A stretch of 64,000 nucleotides of DNA, from assembly GCA_934700895.1 (NCBI GenBank), contig CAKUXV010000001.1, forward strand, positions 269,289 through 333,288, given 5' to 3'. Positions 17,500 to 27,404 of the stretch are shown here, one piece after another (positions within the stretch are counted from its first letter, which is position 1; each line of letters starts with the position of its first letter). The stretch is from an uncultured Bacilli bacterium. Its GTDB lineage: Bacteria > Bacillota_I > Bacilli_A > RFN20 > CAG-826. A program made the translations under genes and the position numbers. The notes beneath the pieces were generated by a model. The model saw nothing but the letters and a program-made list of their open reading frames with translations, searched no databases and was not told the origin of the DNA.

Positions 17500-19626
17500 A
17501 TGCAATTCAACAACATGGGACCTGAAGATTATTCCCAAGACCCGAACATCTTGGAGAAATTCGGGAGAAATATGAACGAACTGGTCAAGCAGGGAAAACT
17601 CGACCCTGTGATTGGACGTGATGAAGAAATTCGCAAAGTCATCGCCGTTTTGGCCCGCAAAACGAAAAATAACGTCGTGTTGCTTGGCGAACCTGGTGTT
17701 GGTAAAACCGCGATTCTAGAAGGGCTTGCCGAACGTATCGTCAAAAAAGACGTCCCGACTACCTTGCAGGATAAAGAGATTTATGAACTCGACATGGGTT
17801 CTTTAATCGCCGGGGCTAAATACCAAGGCGAATTCGAGGAACGCTTAAAAGCCGTTTTGAACAAAATCAAGGAAAGCAAAGGGAAGATCGTCTTGTTTAT
17901 CGACGAGCTTCATTTAATCGTCGGCGCTGGCAGAAGCCAAGGCGCGATGGATGCATCCAACATGCTGAAACCGCTGCTTGCTCGTGGCGACATCGAATGC
18001 ATTGGGGCTACTACCCTCAATGAATATCGTGAATATATCGAAAAAGATCGCGCTCTCGAACGTCGTTTCCAGCCGGTTATGGTGGGCGAGCCTAGCGTCG
18101 CCGATACCATTTCGATTCTCCGTGGATTAAAGGAACGTTATGAATCCTTCCACGGCGTCCAAATCACGGACTCGGCACTCGTAGCGGCCGCGACTTTAAG
18201 CAACCGTTATATCACCAACCGTTTCCTGCCCGATAAGGCCATCGACCTTTTGGATGAGGCCTGCGCGGGCATTAAGATTGAAATCGAATCGATGCCGACC
18301 GAACTCGACGCGAGCTCCCGCAAGATTCGTCAGCTGGAGATCGAACGCGTTGCTTTGGAAAAAGAAAAAGACGAATCCAGCCAGAAACGTCTTGCCGCGA
18401 TTAATGACGAATTAACCAAAGAAAAAGCCAATTTCGATGCGATGAACAAGGAATGGCAAAAAGAGAAGCAAGACGTCTCCGCGGCAAAAGAAGCGAAGGC
18501 GCAACTAGAAAAGGCTAAATTCGAATTGGGCCAGAAGTTCCAAGAAGGCGATTATCGCGAAGCCAGCCGCTTACAGTATCAAGTCATCCCTGAACTCGAA
18601 AAGAAGATTCGCGATGCCTCTTTGGCCTCGAAAGACACCGATCGCTTGGTCAACGAAGTGGTCGATGAGGAAGAAATCGCCAAAATTGTTGCTCGCATGA
18701 CGGGCATCCCTGTTTCCAAGATTCAAAAAGGAGACCGCGAAAAGGTTTTGGAATTGCCTGAAATCCTTCGCAAGAGGGTGATTGGGCAAGACGAGGCGAT
18801 TAAACTCGTCTCGAACGCGATTCTTCGCCAGCGCGCCGGCATCCAGAACCCGAACCGCCCGATTGGGTCGTTCCTCTTCCTTGGTCCGACGGGGGTGGGC
18901 AAAACCGAAGTGGCCAAAGCTTTGGCGGAAGCGCTCTTCGATAATGAAAACAACATCATTCGCATCGACATGTCGGAATACATGGAAAAATACAGCGTTT
19001 CTCGTTTAATCGGCGCGGCCCCTGGATATGTCGGTTATGAAGAAGGGGGCCAATTGACCGAAAAGGTCCGCCGCAATCCTTATTCCATCGTCTTGTTCGA
19101 TGAAATTGAAAAAGCGGATCCGGAAGTCTTCAACCTCTTGCTTCAAATCCTCGACGAAGGCCGTTTGACCGATAGCCAAGGACACTTGGTTGATTTCAAG
19201 AACACCGTCATCATCATGACGAGCAACTTGGGCTCGGAATACCTCTTAAAAGGCGAAAAAGCCCCGGTGGACGACTTGCTGCATCATACCTTCAAGCCAG
19301 AGTTCTTAAACCGCATCGACGAAATTGTTTACTTCGCTCCGCTTGGACGCGATGTGCAATTCAAGATTGTCGAGAAGATGTTGGGCGAACTCTCTACTCG
19401 CCTTGAAAGCCAATACTATTCCGTTTCCTTCACCAAGGAGCTTAAGGAACATATTCTGGACAGCGCCTTCGATGAGGAATTCGGCGCTCGTCCGTTGAAA
19501 CGCTTCATCCAAGATAGCGTTGAAACCTATCTGGCCACGAAGATCCTTCGCGGCGAGCTCTCGACAAAGAAGAAGTACGTCTTGTCTTGGGACAATAACG
19601 ACTTCCGACTCGACGAAATCGCCTAA
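17500..19626 (+). CDS. clpB: ClpB-type AAA+ disaggregase that lacks the N-terminal domain.
   Basis: GGAGGG ribosome-binding site. Two AAA+ modules ([19 protein letters not shown]). Coiled-coil middle domain. Only 708 aa. Confidence 0.85.
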   Translation: MQFNNMGPEDYSQDPNILEKFGRNMNELVKQGKLDPVIGRDEEIRKVIAVLARKTKNNVVLLGEPGVGKTAILEGLAERIVKKDVPTTLQDKEIYELDMGSLIAGAKYQGEFEERLKAVLNKIKESKGKIVLFIDELHLIVGAGRSQGAMDASNMLKPLLARGDIECIGATTLNEYREYIEKDRALERRFQPVMVGEPSVADTISILRGLKERYESFHGVQITDSALVAAATLSNRYITNRFLPDKAIDLLDEACAGIKIEIESMPTELDASSRKIRQLEIERVALEKEKDESSQKRLAAINDELTKEKANFDAMNKEWQKEKQDVSAAKEAKAQLEKAKFELGQKFQEGDYREASRLQYQVIPELEKKIRDASLASKDTDRLVNEVVDEEEIAKIVARMTGIPVSKIQKGDREKVLELPEILRKRVIGQDEAIKLVSNAILRQRAGIQNPNRPIGSFLFLGPTGVGKTEVAKALAEALFDNENNIIRIDMSEYMEKYSVSRLIGAAPGYVGYEEGGQLTEKVRRNPYSIVLFDEIEKADPEVFNLLLQILDEGRLTDSQGHLVDFKNTVIIMTSNLGSEYLLKGEKAPVDDLLHHTFKPEFLNRIDEIVYFAPLGRDVQFKIVEKMLGELSTRLESQYYSVSFTKELKEHILDSAFDEEFGARPLKRFIQDSVETYLATKILRGELSTKKKYVLSWDNNDFRLDEIA

Positions 19627-19633
19627 CTCTTTG

Positions 19634-19669
19634 CCCTCTCCCTTAACCCGGGGGAGGGTTTTTATTTTT
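19634..19669 (+). terminator. Rho-independent terminator downstream of clpB.
   Basis: CCCTCTCCC-loop-GGGAGGG followed by a T-run. Confidence 0.7.
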
Positions 19670-19715
19670 ATGAAGAACCTCACGCAACGGCTAAGAAAAT
19701 TGTTACAATAAAAAT

Positions 19716-20654
19716 ATGGTTGATGTTAACGTTCTTAAGAAATCCTACCGTTCCCGTCCGCGGACTTCCGTTGTGGTTCTCGGTGTTTTCGGAATTCTCG
19801 TTGGGCTCCTTTGCCTTTTTTTAACGCTTTGCTTTGATTATTTCCCCTCGTTCTTCAAGCAACTGCGCGATTATGAGATTACCTTTGCCGGAGAAACGCA
19901 GAATTTATTTGATTTTGGCGCGGTCACTTTATTCCCGTTCATCTGCTATTTGTTGTTGCTTGTTCCTTTATGCACCTTAAACGACATGGCCAGCCATCGG
20001 CCCTTCTATTTGATTTTTAGCATCCCTGCTGGAATTTTGAGCGCGGTTTATGCTTGCTGCGTCCTCGTCGAGACCTTCCCTCGTTTGCTTACCTATATCC
20101 CTTACGAAGGGATTGAGACCATCGTGCAGCAAATCTATCTATGGGTCCGCGTCGCTTATTGCGGGCTGCTCACGCTCACCTCCATTTTAGCTTGCTGTTA
20201 TAACTCGACTTATCCTTTGATGTACCGACAAATCTACGCGCTAAGAAAAGCCCGCATGAAAGAAGCGGAAGAAGGGAATCCCCCCCTTAAAAAGGAACAA
20301 ATCAAAAAAGATTTCTACCGTTATTATAAGAAGCAGGAATTTGAAAAATTATTGATTTTGCTTTATCGCGATTATCCAAGCGATCCCAATGCTGAGATGG
20401 AAGAAGGACAATGGAGAACCGCGATTCTCGAGATTCAAATGTCGGAAGCAGCCATCCGCGAAAAAGAAATTGCCTTCCTTGCCAAAAACGGTCAATATTC
20501 CTTGATCCGACAGATCCGTTCCCGCGCCGTTTCCGATTGCGAGAACGATCAAATCGGTCAACGAAAAGCCAAAGAAGACCAAGCCTATTTCGAATATCTC
20601 AAGAAAAACGCCCCCAAGGAGAAAGTTACTGCTTCGGAAGAAGAAAAGAAATAA
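19716..20654 (+). CDS. Membrane protein (4 TM helices) with a long charged cytoplasmic C-terminal domain; function unknown.
   Basis: Hydrophobic N-terminal half. K/E-rich C-terminal half. Confidence 0.5.
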   Translation: MVDVNVLKKSYRSRPRTSVVVLGVFGILVGLLCLFLTLCFDYFPSFFKQLRDYEITFAGETQNLFDFGAVTLFPFICYLLLLVPLCTLNDMASHRPFYLIFSIPAGILSAVYACCVLVETFPRLLTYIPYEGIETIVQQIYLWVRVAYCGLLTLTSILACCYNSTYPLMYRQIYALRKARMKEAEEGNPPLKKEQIKKDFYRYYKKQEFEKLLILLYRDYPSDPNAEMEEGQWRTAILEIQMSEAAIREKEIAFLAKNGQYSLIRQIRSRAVSDCENDQIGQRKAKEDQAYFEYLKKNAPKEKVTASEEEKK

Positions 20655-20673
20655 AGCGACGGATTACAAAGCA

Positions 20674-20698
20674 AAGGCGGCTTCTGCCGTCTTTTTTG
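20674..20698 (+). terminator. Rho-independent terminator.
   Basis: GGCGGC-ttct-GCCGTC followed by TTTTTT. Confidence 0.55.
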
Positions 20699-20789
20699 CA
20701 TGATTTGGTAGGAATGAGAAAACAATTATCCGGCATAGAAAAAGCGCAGAGCTTTGGGATGAACCCTAGCCACTACGCTTTTTTGTCAG

Positions 20790-21233
20790 TTATTCGACGA
20801 TGACGGTTCCGTCTTCTTGAATGGAGATGATATCGCCCGTTTTCACCGCATCGAGGAATTCGTCGCCGAGTTCATCGATCGCGATGAGGCCGCAATCATT
20901 CCAGACGTTGCTTAAAATAATGCCGCTGGCCGCCAAAGGATCGATATGGTGAGAGAATAACCATGCTTTGGGAGCAAGATTGCGGACGGCTACGGTTTGA
21001 ATGACCATGCCGCCTGTAGTTGAGCCAATCGTCTCTGGCAGGCAAAGCGCTTTGCCCGTGATGTTCTTTTTGTAGAGCTCTTTGTTATTTTGATCGCTGA
21101 CGATAATTTTTTTGCTGGTAGCTAAAAGCGCACTCGTTTGGCAGGAAGCAAGGGTATTGAACCCCGCGTGGGTAACCACGGCTTCCCCGTGATAGGTTCC
21201 CGCTGCAAGAACGCGTCCATGGAACGTTTTCAT
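20790..21233 (-). CDS. AcnX small (swivel, DUF126-like) subunit.
   Basis: Lies immediately downstream of the AcnX large subunit. About 145 aa, Gly-rich. Confidence 0.7.
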   Translation of the reverse strand: MKTFHGRVLAAGTYHGEAVVTHAGFNTLASCQTSALLATSKKIIVSDQNNKELYKKNITGKALCLPETIGSTTGGMVIQTVAVRNLAPKAWLFSHHIDPLAASGIILSNVWNDCGLIAIDELGDEFLDAVKTGDIISIQEDGTVIVE

Positions 21234-22532
21234 TTAGGCAACCTCCTTTTGTCCGGTGATGATGGCTAAAACGTCCTCATCCTTGAAATAACGCGATTTG
21301 GTATAGGTTCGAAGCTTGTTGGAGTTCGTCATGAGGGGCTTGGATCCGCTGACGGGGTTATCCGCATACATAAGCGGGCAGATGTAGCTAAGGTGAGCTC
21401 CGGTAGAGAGGAGTTTCTCGTAGCGATCCGTTTCCTTGAAGGCCTTAATGACCGCGGGAGAAGTGGTGAGAACGGTATCCACGACCAGCTTTTTCTTGCC
21501 GCTTTTAGCCAAACCTTCGACTAAGGCATCCGTCCAATCGCAAAGTTGCTTGAATGTGAGGTGTGGACAGCCAATGAAGCATTTGTGGGGTTTGCAGTTC
21601 GGCTTCTTCCACATCATGGGATAGGAAGCATAAACCCGTTCGAGTTCCGCGTCGTCGATTACGTATTCTTGGACGTTTTCCTTCAATAAGGCTTTGCCAA
21701 GACGCTTGGCTTCTGGGGTGATGCCTTCGATGTGATAAAGCCCAACGGCTCCGTTAGAAGCGGTAGCGGCCCCAAAATCCTTTAAGTAGGAAATCGTATC
21801 CTCATTAGGAAGCGGGTCCAAGAAGCGATCCAATCCCTCCACATAAGGGACTTCCGCCATGACTTTCATTCCGATTGCCGATCCTAAAATCTGGGCTTCT
21901 GGCTTCTTGGTCGTTTTCACGATGATTTTCCAGGTTGCCTTTCTTCCTTCGTCGGTGATGAAACCAAACGCAGGGGTGCGTTCTAGGATGGAACCGAACA
22001 TATCTAGGATGCCCGAGTTGCGGTTGCATCTAGCCCCTAAAACGGAGTTGGCAAACACGACGGCGCTTGATTCGCTCCAAGAGATGATGTCGCCTTCCTT
22101 AGGAGTATTGCCCACTTGTTCTAGATAGCAGGTGCAGGTAAATCCGCTGGGGTCGGAGAGACCGATTGCCTCCAGCTGTTTCTCATAATCCTTTTGCTTG
22201 CCATACATGAAAACGCTGGAAACCAGTTTTTCGATGGGCGAGCAAGAAACGTTTCTATAGTCCAAGGGACGGGGATCCATCGTGAATCCTTCTTTGACTT
22301 TGCATCCGGCTTGGATGAGTTCATCCATAAGGGGATAAACCGGTTTTAGCATGGAAAGCCCAAAACTCGTAACGAAATGGGCTTTTTTATAGGTGAGGGG
22401 CGCGAGGTGCGTGGCGTCGAAGGCGTCACCATATCGGACCAGGACCTCCATCATTTTGGCGTAGGTTTCACCTTTTTTGCCGGCGAGGATATCCTTTTCC
22501 TCGTCGGTCAATTTCATTTTTGGTTCGTACAT
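21234..22532 (-). CDS. AcnX-type (aconitase X) hydratase/dehydratase, large catalytic subunit.
   Basis: N-terminus MKLTDEEKDILAGKKGETYAKMMEVLVRYGDAF is typical of AcnX. About 430 aa. Confidence 0.8.
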   Translation of the reverse strand: MYEPKMKLTDEEKDILAGKKGETYAKMMEVLVRYGDAFDATHLAPLTYKKAHFVTSFGLSMLKPVYPLMDELIQAGCKVKEGFTMDPRPLDYRNVSCSPIEKLVSSVFMYGKQKDYEKQLEAIGLSDPSGFTCTCYLEQVGNTPKEGDIISWSESSAVVFANSVLGARCNRNSGILDMFGSILERTPAFGFITDEGRKATWKIIVKTTKKPEAQILGSAIGMKVMAEVPYVEGLDRFLDPLPNEDTISYLKDFGAATASNGAVGLYHIEGITPEAKRLGKALLKENVQEYVIDDAELERVYASYPMMWKKPNCKPHKCFIGCPHLTFKQLCDWTDALVEGLAKSGKKKLVVDTVLTTSPAVIKAFKETDRYEKLLSTGAHLSYICPLMYADNPVSGSKPLMTNSNKLRTYTKSRYFKDEDVLAIITGQKEVA

Positions 22533-22547
22533 TTTTCCTTTCCTTCT

Positions 22548-24599
22548 TTAGATTTTCATCGCGACTTCATAGGCCCGCCAAATGACGGAACGGAGGTTGC
22601 CGATGCTCAAGCAATCGCCCACCAAATGGACCTTGCCCGATTCTTTGGCCAAGGGGGTTGGAATGTAACCCGTGGAAACGATGACGGAATCGCAGGGCAA
22701 TTTCGTGACGTTGCCGGCATTGTCTTGAATGGTGATGGAGCCGTCTTCGATCGAAGAAAGCTTGGTCTCCAAATAGACGGGAATCTGATGCAAGGCAAAG
22801 TAGTCACGGAGATATTGGCTATTGGCCATGCAGATGCCACGTTGCTTGATGAGGTCATCTTGCATTTCAACGATGAAGGGCTTCTTGCCATCTAAGGCGA
22901 GTTCGTAAGCGACTTCACATCCCGTTAATCCGCCGCCGATGACGGCGACGCTCTCTCCAACCTTTTCCCCGCGGAGGAAATCGCAGGCTTCTAAGGCTTT
23001 ATCGAATCCTGGGATGGGCAACTTACGGGGTTTCGAACCTGTTGCGACGATGACTTGGTCTTCCTTTAAAGACGAGACATCCTTGATTTCGGTGTTGAGA
23101 TGAATCTCGACGCCGAGTTCTTTCATTTGTAGGCGATACCAGGCTAGTAAATCGCGCAATTTGCCTTTGAAAGAAGCACTAGAAGCAGGAATGAAAACTC
23201 CACCTAATTCAGCGGATTTTTCGTAGATGACAGGGTGATGTCCGCGGATGGCTAACACTCTAGCGACTTCCATACCGCCAATTCCGCCGCCGACAATAGC
23301 CACCTTCTTCGGATGCTTGGTTTTTTCGATGTGGTGGACATTGGTTTGCATCGTTTCGGCATTCACTGCGCAACGGGCCATATGGAGGGAATCGCTTAAC
23401 GTTTGATCGTTGGCCGTCCCCTTGTAATGGGCCATATTGAAGCAGCCGTTATGACAGCAGATGCAAGGACGGATTTCTTCTTCCTTGCCCTCTTTCAGTT
23501 TGCGGACGAAAGCCCCATCCGCTAAGAATGAACGGGCTAGCCCAATCGCATCGAGTTTGCCTTCTTGGATGGCATCCGCAGCAACGCGGGGATCCATTCT
23601 TCCAGCGCAAACAACGGGAATGGAGACGAATTTTTTGATGTGCTCCACGTCTTCCAAGTTGCAGTTTTCCTGCATGTAGATCGGCGGATGTGCCCAATAC
23701 CAAGCATCATAGGTGCCGTTATCGCAGTTGAGCATGTCGTAGCCAGCGTCTTGGAGGTATTTCGCGGCTTTTTCGCTCTCTTCCATGTCGCGTCCAGCTT
23801 CCACGAATTTTTCTCCGGGCAAAGCTCCCGAATTGAATCCTTTGGTTTTGGAAACGACGGAATAGCGTAGCGAGACGGGGAAGTCCTTGCCGCAGGTGGC
23901 TTTGATGGCTTTAACGATTTCTACGGGGAAGCGATAACGGTTTTCAAAGGATCCGCCATATTCGTCCGTACGCTTATTGATGTAACGCAAGGTGAACTGA
24001 TCCAAGAGATACCCTTCGTGGACCGCGTGGATTTCCACTCCGTCCACCCCGGCGTCCTTTAAAAGCTTTGCCGTTTTGGCGAAGGCTTCCACGAAATGGT
24101 GAATTTCCTTGATGGTCATTTCGCGGCTGGGGACCTTATCGCTCCAGCGGTTGGGGGAGGGCGAAGAAGAAGCACAGATCTTGTCGAAATTCATGATCGG
24201 CTTGCTGAGCGCGCGGAGGAAACGGTTGGTATAGAGTTTTTCCATGGCGGGAGAAATCGTGAAGGAACGACCGAATCCAGCGGTTAATTGCACGAACATC
24301 TTGGCCCCGTGGGCGTGGATTTCATCCATTAAGCCCTTGACCTTTTTATACATTCCCTTTTTCCGGTACAGCCATTGCCCGAGCATCGGGTTATAGACGG
24401 GCTGGATGCCCGGAAGGATTAAGCCCACTTCGTTCTCTGCTTTATCGAGCAAGAATTTCGCGGCTTCTTTATCGAAGTGATTGATTTCCATCCATCCGAA
24501 GAGGGAGGTTCCGCCCATGGAGGTCATGACAAAGCGGTTTTTGATTTCGCATTGTCCGATTTTCCAAGGCGTAAACAACGGTTGTAGTTTTTGGTCCAT
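22548..24599 (-). CDS. NADH:flavin oxidoreductase: Old-Yellow-Enzyme TIM-barrel domain fused to an FAD/NAD(P)-binding pyridine-nucleotide-disulfide-reductase domain (2,4-dienoyl-CoA-reductase-like).
   Basis: N-terminal OYE fold and Cys cluster CICCHNGC. C-terminal GGGIGGME and GGGLTGCE dinucleotide motifs. Confidence 0.8.
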   Translation of the reverse strand: MDQKLQPLFTPWKIGQCEIKNRFVMTSMGGTSLFGWMEINHFDKEAAKFLLDKAENEVGLILPGIQPVYNPMLGQWLYRKKGMYKKVKGLMDEIHAHGAKMFVQLTAGFGRSFTISPAMEKLYTNRFLRALSKPIMNFDKICASSSPSPNRWSDKVPSREMTIKEIHHFVEAFAKTAKLLKDAGVDGVEIHAVHEGYLLDQFTLRYINKRTDEYGGSFENRYRFPVEIVKAIKATCGKDFPVSLRYSVVSKTKGFNSGALPGEKFVEAGRDMEESEKAAKYLQDAGYDMLNCDNGTYDAWYWAHPPIYMQENCNLEDVEHIKKFVSIPVVCAGRMDPRVAADAIQEGKLDAIGLARSFLADGAFVRKLKEGKEEEIRPCICCHNGCFNMAHYKGTANDQTLSDSLHMARCAVNAETMQTNVHHIEKTKHPKKVAIVGGGIGGMEVARVLAIRGHHPVIYEKSAELGGVFIPASSASFKGKLRDLLAWYRLQMKELGVEIHLNTEIKDVSSLKEDQVIVATGSKPRKLPIPGFDKALEACDFLRGEKVGESVAVIGGGLTGCEVAYELALDGKKPFIVEMQDDLIKQRGICMANSQYLRDYFALHQIPVYLETKLSSIEDGSITIQDNAGNVTKLPCDSVIVSTGYIPTPLAKESGKVHLVGDCLSIGNLRSVIWRAYEVAMKI

Positions 24600-24738
24600 T
24601 GAGAATTCCTTTCTATTAGGGTCGATAAAAATATAGCACCCCTAAGACTCATGCGGTATTTCATTATCGATATAGCGAAGAAAAATCCTTCCCAATTGGG
24701 AAGGAGGGGCCTATCGTTGTAGGGAAAGAAGGTGGAAG

Positions 24739-25635
24739 ATGCTTTGGCTTATTCTGGCATTAATCGCTGCTTTGGCGACTTCACTGACAACCATCTTTGC
24801 TAAAATCGGAATTAAGGATGTTCCTTCGGATTTTGCGACCTTTTTCCGCACCGGTATTGTTTTAGTTTGTGCCGCAGGGCTTTGTTTTATCACGGGCAGT
24901 TGGAACCAAGTCCCTAGCCTCACCCCGAGCAACTGGATATTCTTGGCCTTATCTGGTCTATGCACGGGTTGTTCTTGGCTTTGCTATTACCGCGCTTTGC
25001 AACTTTCTAGCGTCAACCGCGTTGCTCCGATTGATAAATCGAGTTTCTTGCTAACAAGCATCCTGTTCCTTATTTTCTTCTTTAATGACGTAACTAAAGG
25101 CGGCGATTCCTTGGTGATCGGAATGTTATTTACCTCTATGGTTTTGATGTTAGGAGGCACCCTTCTTATGGCGTGGCCGAAAAAAGAAGGGGGACGTGTA
25201 TCGAAAAAGTGGATTTTCTATGCGGTGGGATCCGCGGTGTTTGCTAGTCTCGTTTCTTTGTTCGTGAAGATTGGCTTGCAAGGAATATCATCGGATTTAG
25301 GGACGTTTTTAAGAACGGTCGTTGTCTTGATTTTCTCAGGCGCGATTGCTTTGGCAAGAAAACAAATGAAAGGGCTTGAGGCCGTCTCCCCCAAAAGTTG
25401 GGTTTTTCTGACGTTATCTGGTTTAGCGACCGGAGTTGCATGGCTTGGCGAATATTATGCGTTGAACATGGAAGGAGTAAACCCCGTCGCAGTTAATGCG
25501 ATAGGGAAACTTTCCATTCTACTGACAATGCTATTCTCCGCCACGGTCCTGAAAGAGCGTTTTTCGTGGAAATCGTTGCTTGGGTTAGGACTATTGACTG
25601 GCGGAATTATCCTGGTTGTCGTGTTTAGCCTTTGA
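24739..25635 (+). CDS. EamA/DMT-family transporter.
   Basis: Ten TM helices in two EamA repeats. Confidence 0.75.
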   Translation: MLWLILALIAALATSLTTIFAKIGIKDVPSDFATFFRTGIVLVCAAGLCFITGSWNQVPSLTPSNWIFLALSGLCTGCSWLCYYRALQLSSVNRVAPIDKSSFLLTSILFLIFFFNDVTKGGDSLVIGMLFTSMVLMLGGTLLMAWPKKEGGRVSKKWIFYAVGSAVFASLVSLFVKIGLQGISSDLGTFLRTVVVLIFSGAIALARKQMKGLEAVSPKSWVFLTLSGLATGVAWLGEYYALNMEGVNPVAVNAIGKLSILLTMLFSATVLKERFSWKSLLGLGLLTGGIILVVVFSL

Positions 25636-25681
25636 ACATGAACAAATTGTGGTTTATTTCTTATGGATGGTGGTTACGAAT

Positions 25682-26993
25682 ATGGAATATGCAGAAAACG
25701 AAACAACGGAATTGAAGCCCATTTACGTGGATGACATCAAGAAAGAAATTATCGCCTTTGCTAACACTTTTGGCGGAACTATTTATATTGGGGTAGAAGA
25801 CAATGGTCGTATTTGCGGAGTAGAAGATGTTGACGCGGTGATGCAGCAGGTCATGAACGCTGCTCGCGATGGGATTAAGCCAGACGTCACGCTGTTTATG
25901 CACGTTCGTGATATTGATATTGACGAGGGCAAAACCATTGTCGCGATAGAAGTGCAATGTGGCGCTCATAAACCTTATTATTTGGCTTCCAAAGGGCTAC
26001 GTCCTGTAGGCGTTTTTGTTCGGCAGGGCACATCTTCCGTTCCTGCGTCGAAAACGGCGATCCGCAAAATGATTAAAGAAACGGACGGCGATAATTTTGA
26101 AGACATGCGTTCCTTGAATCAGGAATTGACTTTTCCAAGATGCAGGAGGAATTTCAAAAAAGAAATCTGAGCTTAGCGGATGTTCAAATGAAAACGCTTG
26201 GGCTCATCGACTCGGATGGATTGTACACCAATTTGGCATTGCTTCTATCAGACCAATGCCCTCACATAATCAAAGCGGCTACCTTTGGCGGGGTGAATCA
26301 GGAGAAATTCCAAGATCGGCGTGAATTTACCGGTTCGTTGCTTAAGCAGCTAGATGACGCCTACGCTTATTTGGATATGCGAAATCAAAATGTGGCTACA
26401 TTCAAAGGCCTTCATCGTACGGATCACCGCGATTATCCCGAAACGGCCATTCGGGAAGCATTATTGAACGCCATTGTCCATCGTGACTATTCCGTTCTGG
26501 CCAGCACACTTTTAAGCGTTTATTCCAATCGCATTGAATTGCTTTCTGTCGGAGGGTTAGCTGGAGGCGTGTCTTACGACGACATCATGCTAGGGGTGTC
26601 TTATTGTCGTAATAAGAAACTTGCCAATATTTTCTATCGAATGGACTTAATCGAAGCTTATGGGACCGGCATCAATAAAATCATGTCGTCCTATGAGGTT
26701 CTCGCCGAAAACCAGAAATCATCATCACCTCCGGCGCCTTTAAATTCATTTTGCCAAATCGGGGAACTCCCGTGAATACGGTGAAAGATGACGTGGCCTC
26801 CTATATCGATTCGGAACGTGAAAACACCGTTTGTTCCCTTTTGTCGGATCATTTACCCCACGCCCGCTTAGAAATAGAAAAAGCGTTGGGGGCATCCACC
26901 TCTACCACGCGTAGAATCCTTCAAAAGTTGATGGATGAAGGGAAAATCTCCTCAACGGGCGCAACAAAAAGCGTGATGTATTTCGTGAAATAA
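25682..26993 (+). pseudogene. Frameshifted paralog of the AlbA_2/ATPase-like/wHTH regulator. It is split over three reading frames (25616-26170, 26140-26775, 26751-26993).
   Basis: Three consecutive ORFs in frames 2, 1 and 3 together rebuild one domain series: AlbA_2 (KKEIIAFANTFGGTIYIGVEDNG), a HATPase_c_4-like region (LLNAIVHRDYS...GTGINKI) and a winged HTH. Confidence 0.6.
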
Positions 26994-26996
26994 ATT

Positions 26997-27026
26997 AAGA
27001 ACCGACCTCCAAATCGGTTCTTTTTA
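26997..27026. terminator. Rho-independent terminator.
   Basis: AAGAACCGA-cctccaaa-TCGGTTCTT followed by TTT. Confidence 0.65.
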
Positions 27027-27404
27027 AATGTAAATTTTTGTCCGTTTTCTTTCGACGGTTAGGAATTTATTTTCATTTACGAAAATTTTTTGCGACAAAA
27101 TTTCCAAAAAATCGTTCTAAGTAAGGTGTGGGAGGACTCTTTATGGAGCATCATCCCAAAAACGTCGCGCAACGCCCGGAAAGGGTGCGAAGCCATGCTC
27201 GACAAGATTATCGCCATTTTGGCGCTTCTCGATTTATTGTTGCTTCTCCTCAAGGACCTTCGCTCGAAGCGAAAGTGAACGAAAAAAGTGTGCCCGTTAA
27301 ATTAACCGGCACACCCAAGTACACTATTTAGTATAGGGCAGAGAAGCGCGGCTTCAATGGCCCTGGGAAGAATTCTTTGTCCTTCTCAGGGTTCTTATGC
27401 CGCT

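Noticed and set aside
22377-22895. 172-aa plus-strand ORF, and other small ORFs inside 22548-24599
   Set aside because: Antisense to the OYE/FAD-reductase gene. No motifs.
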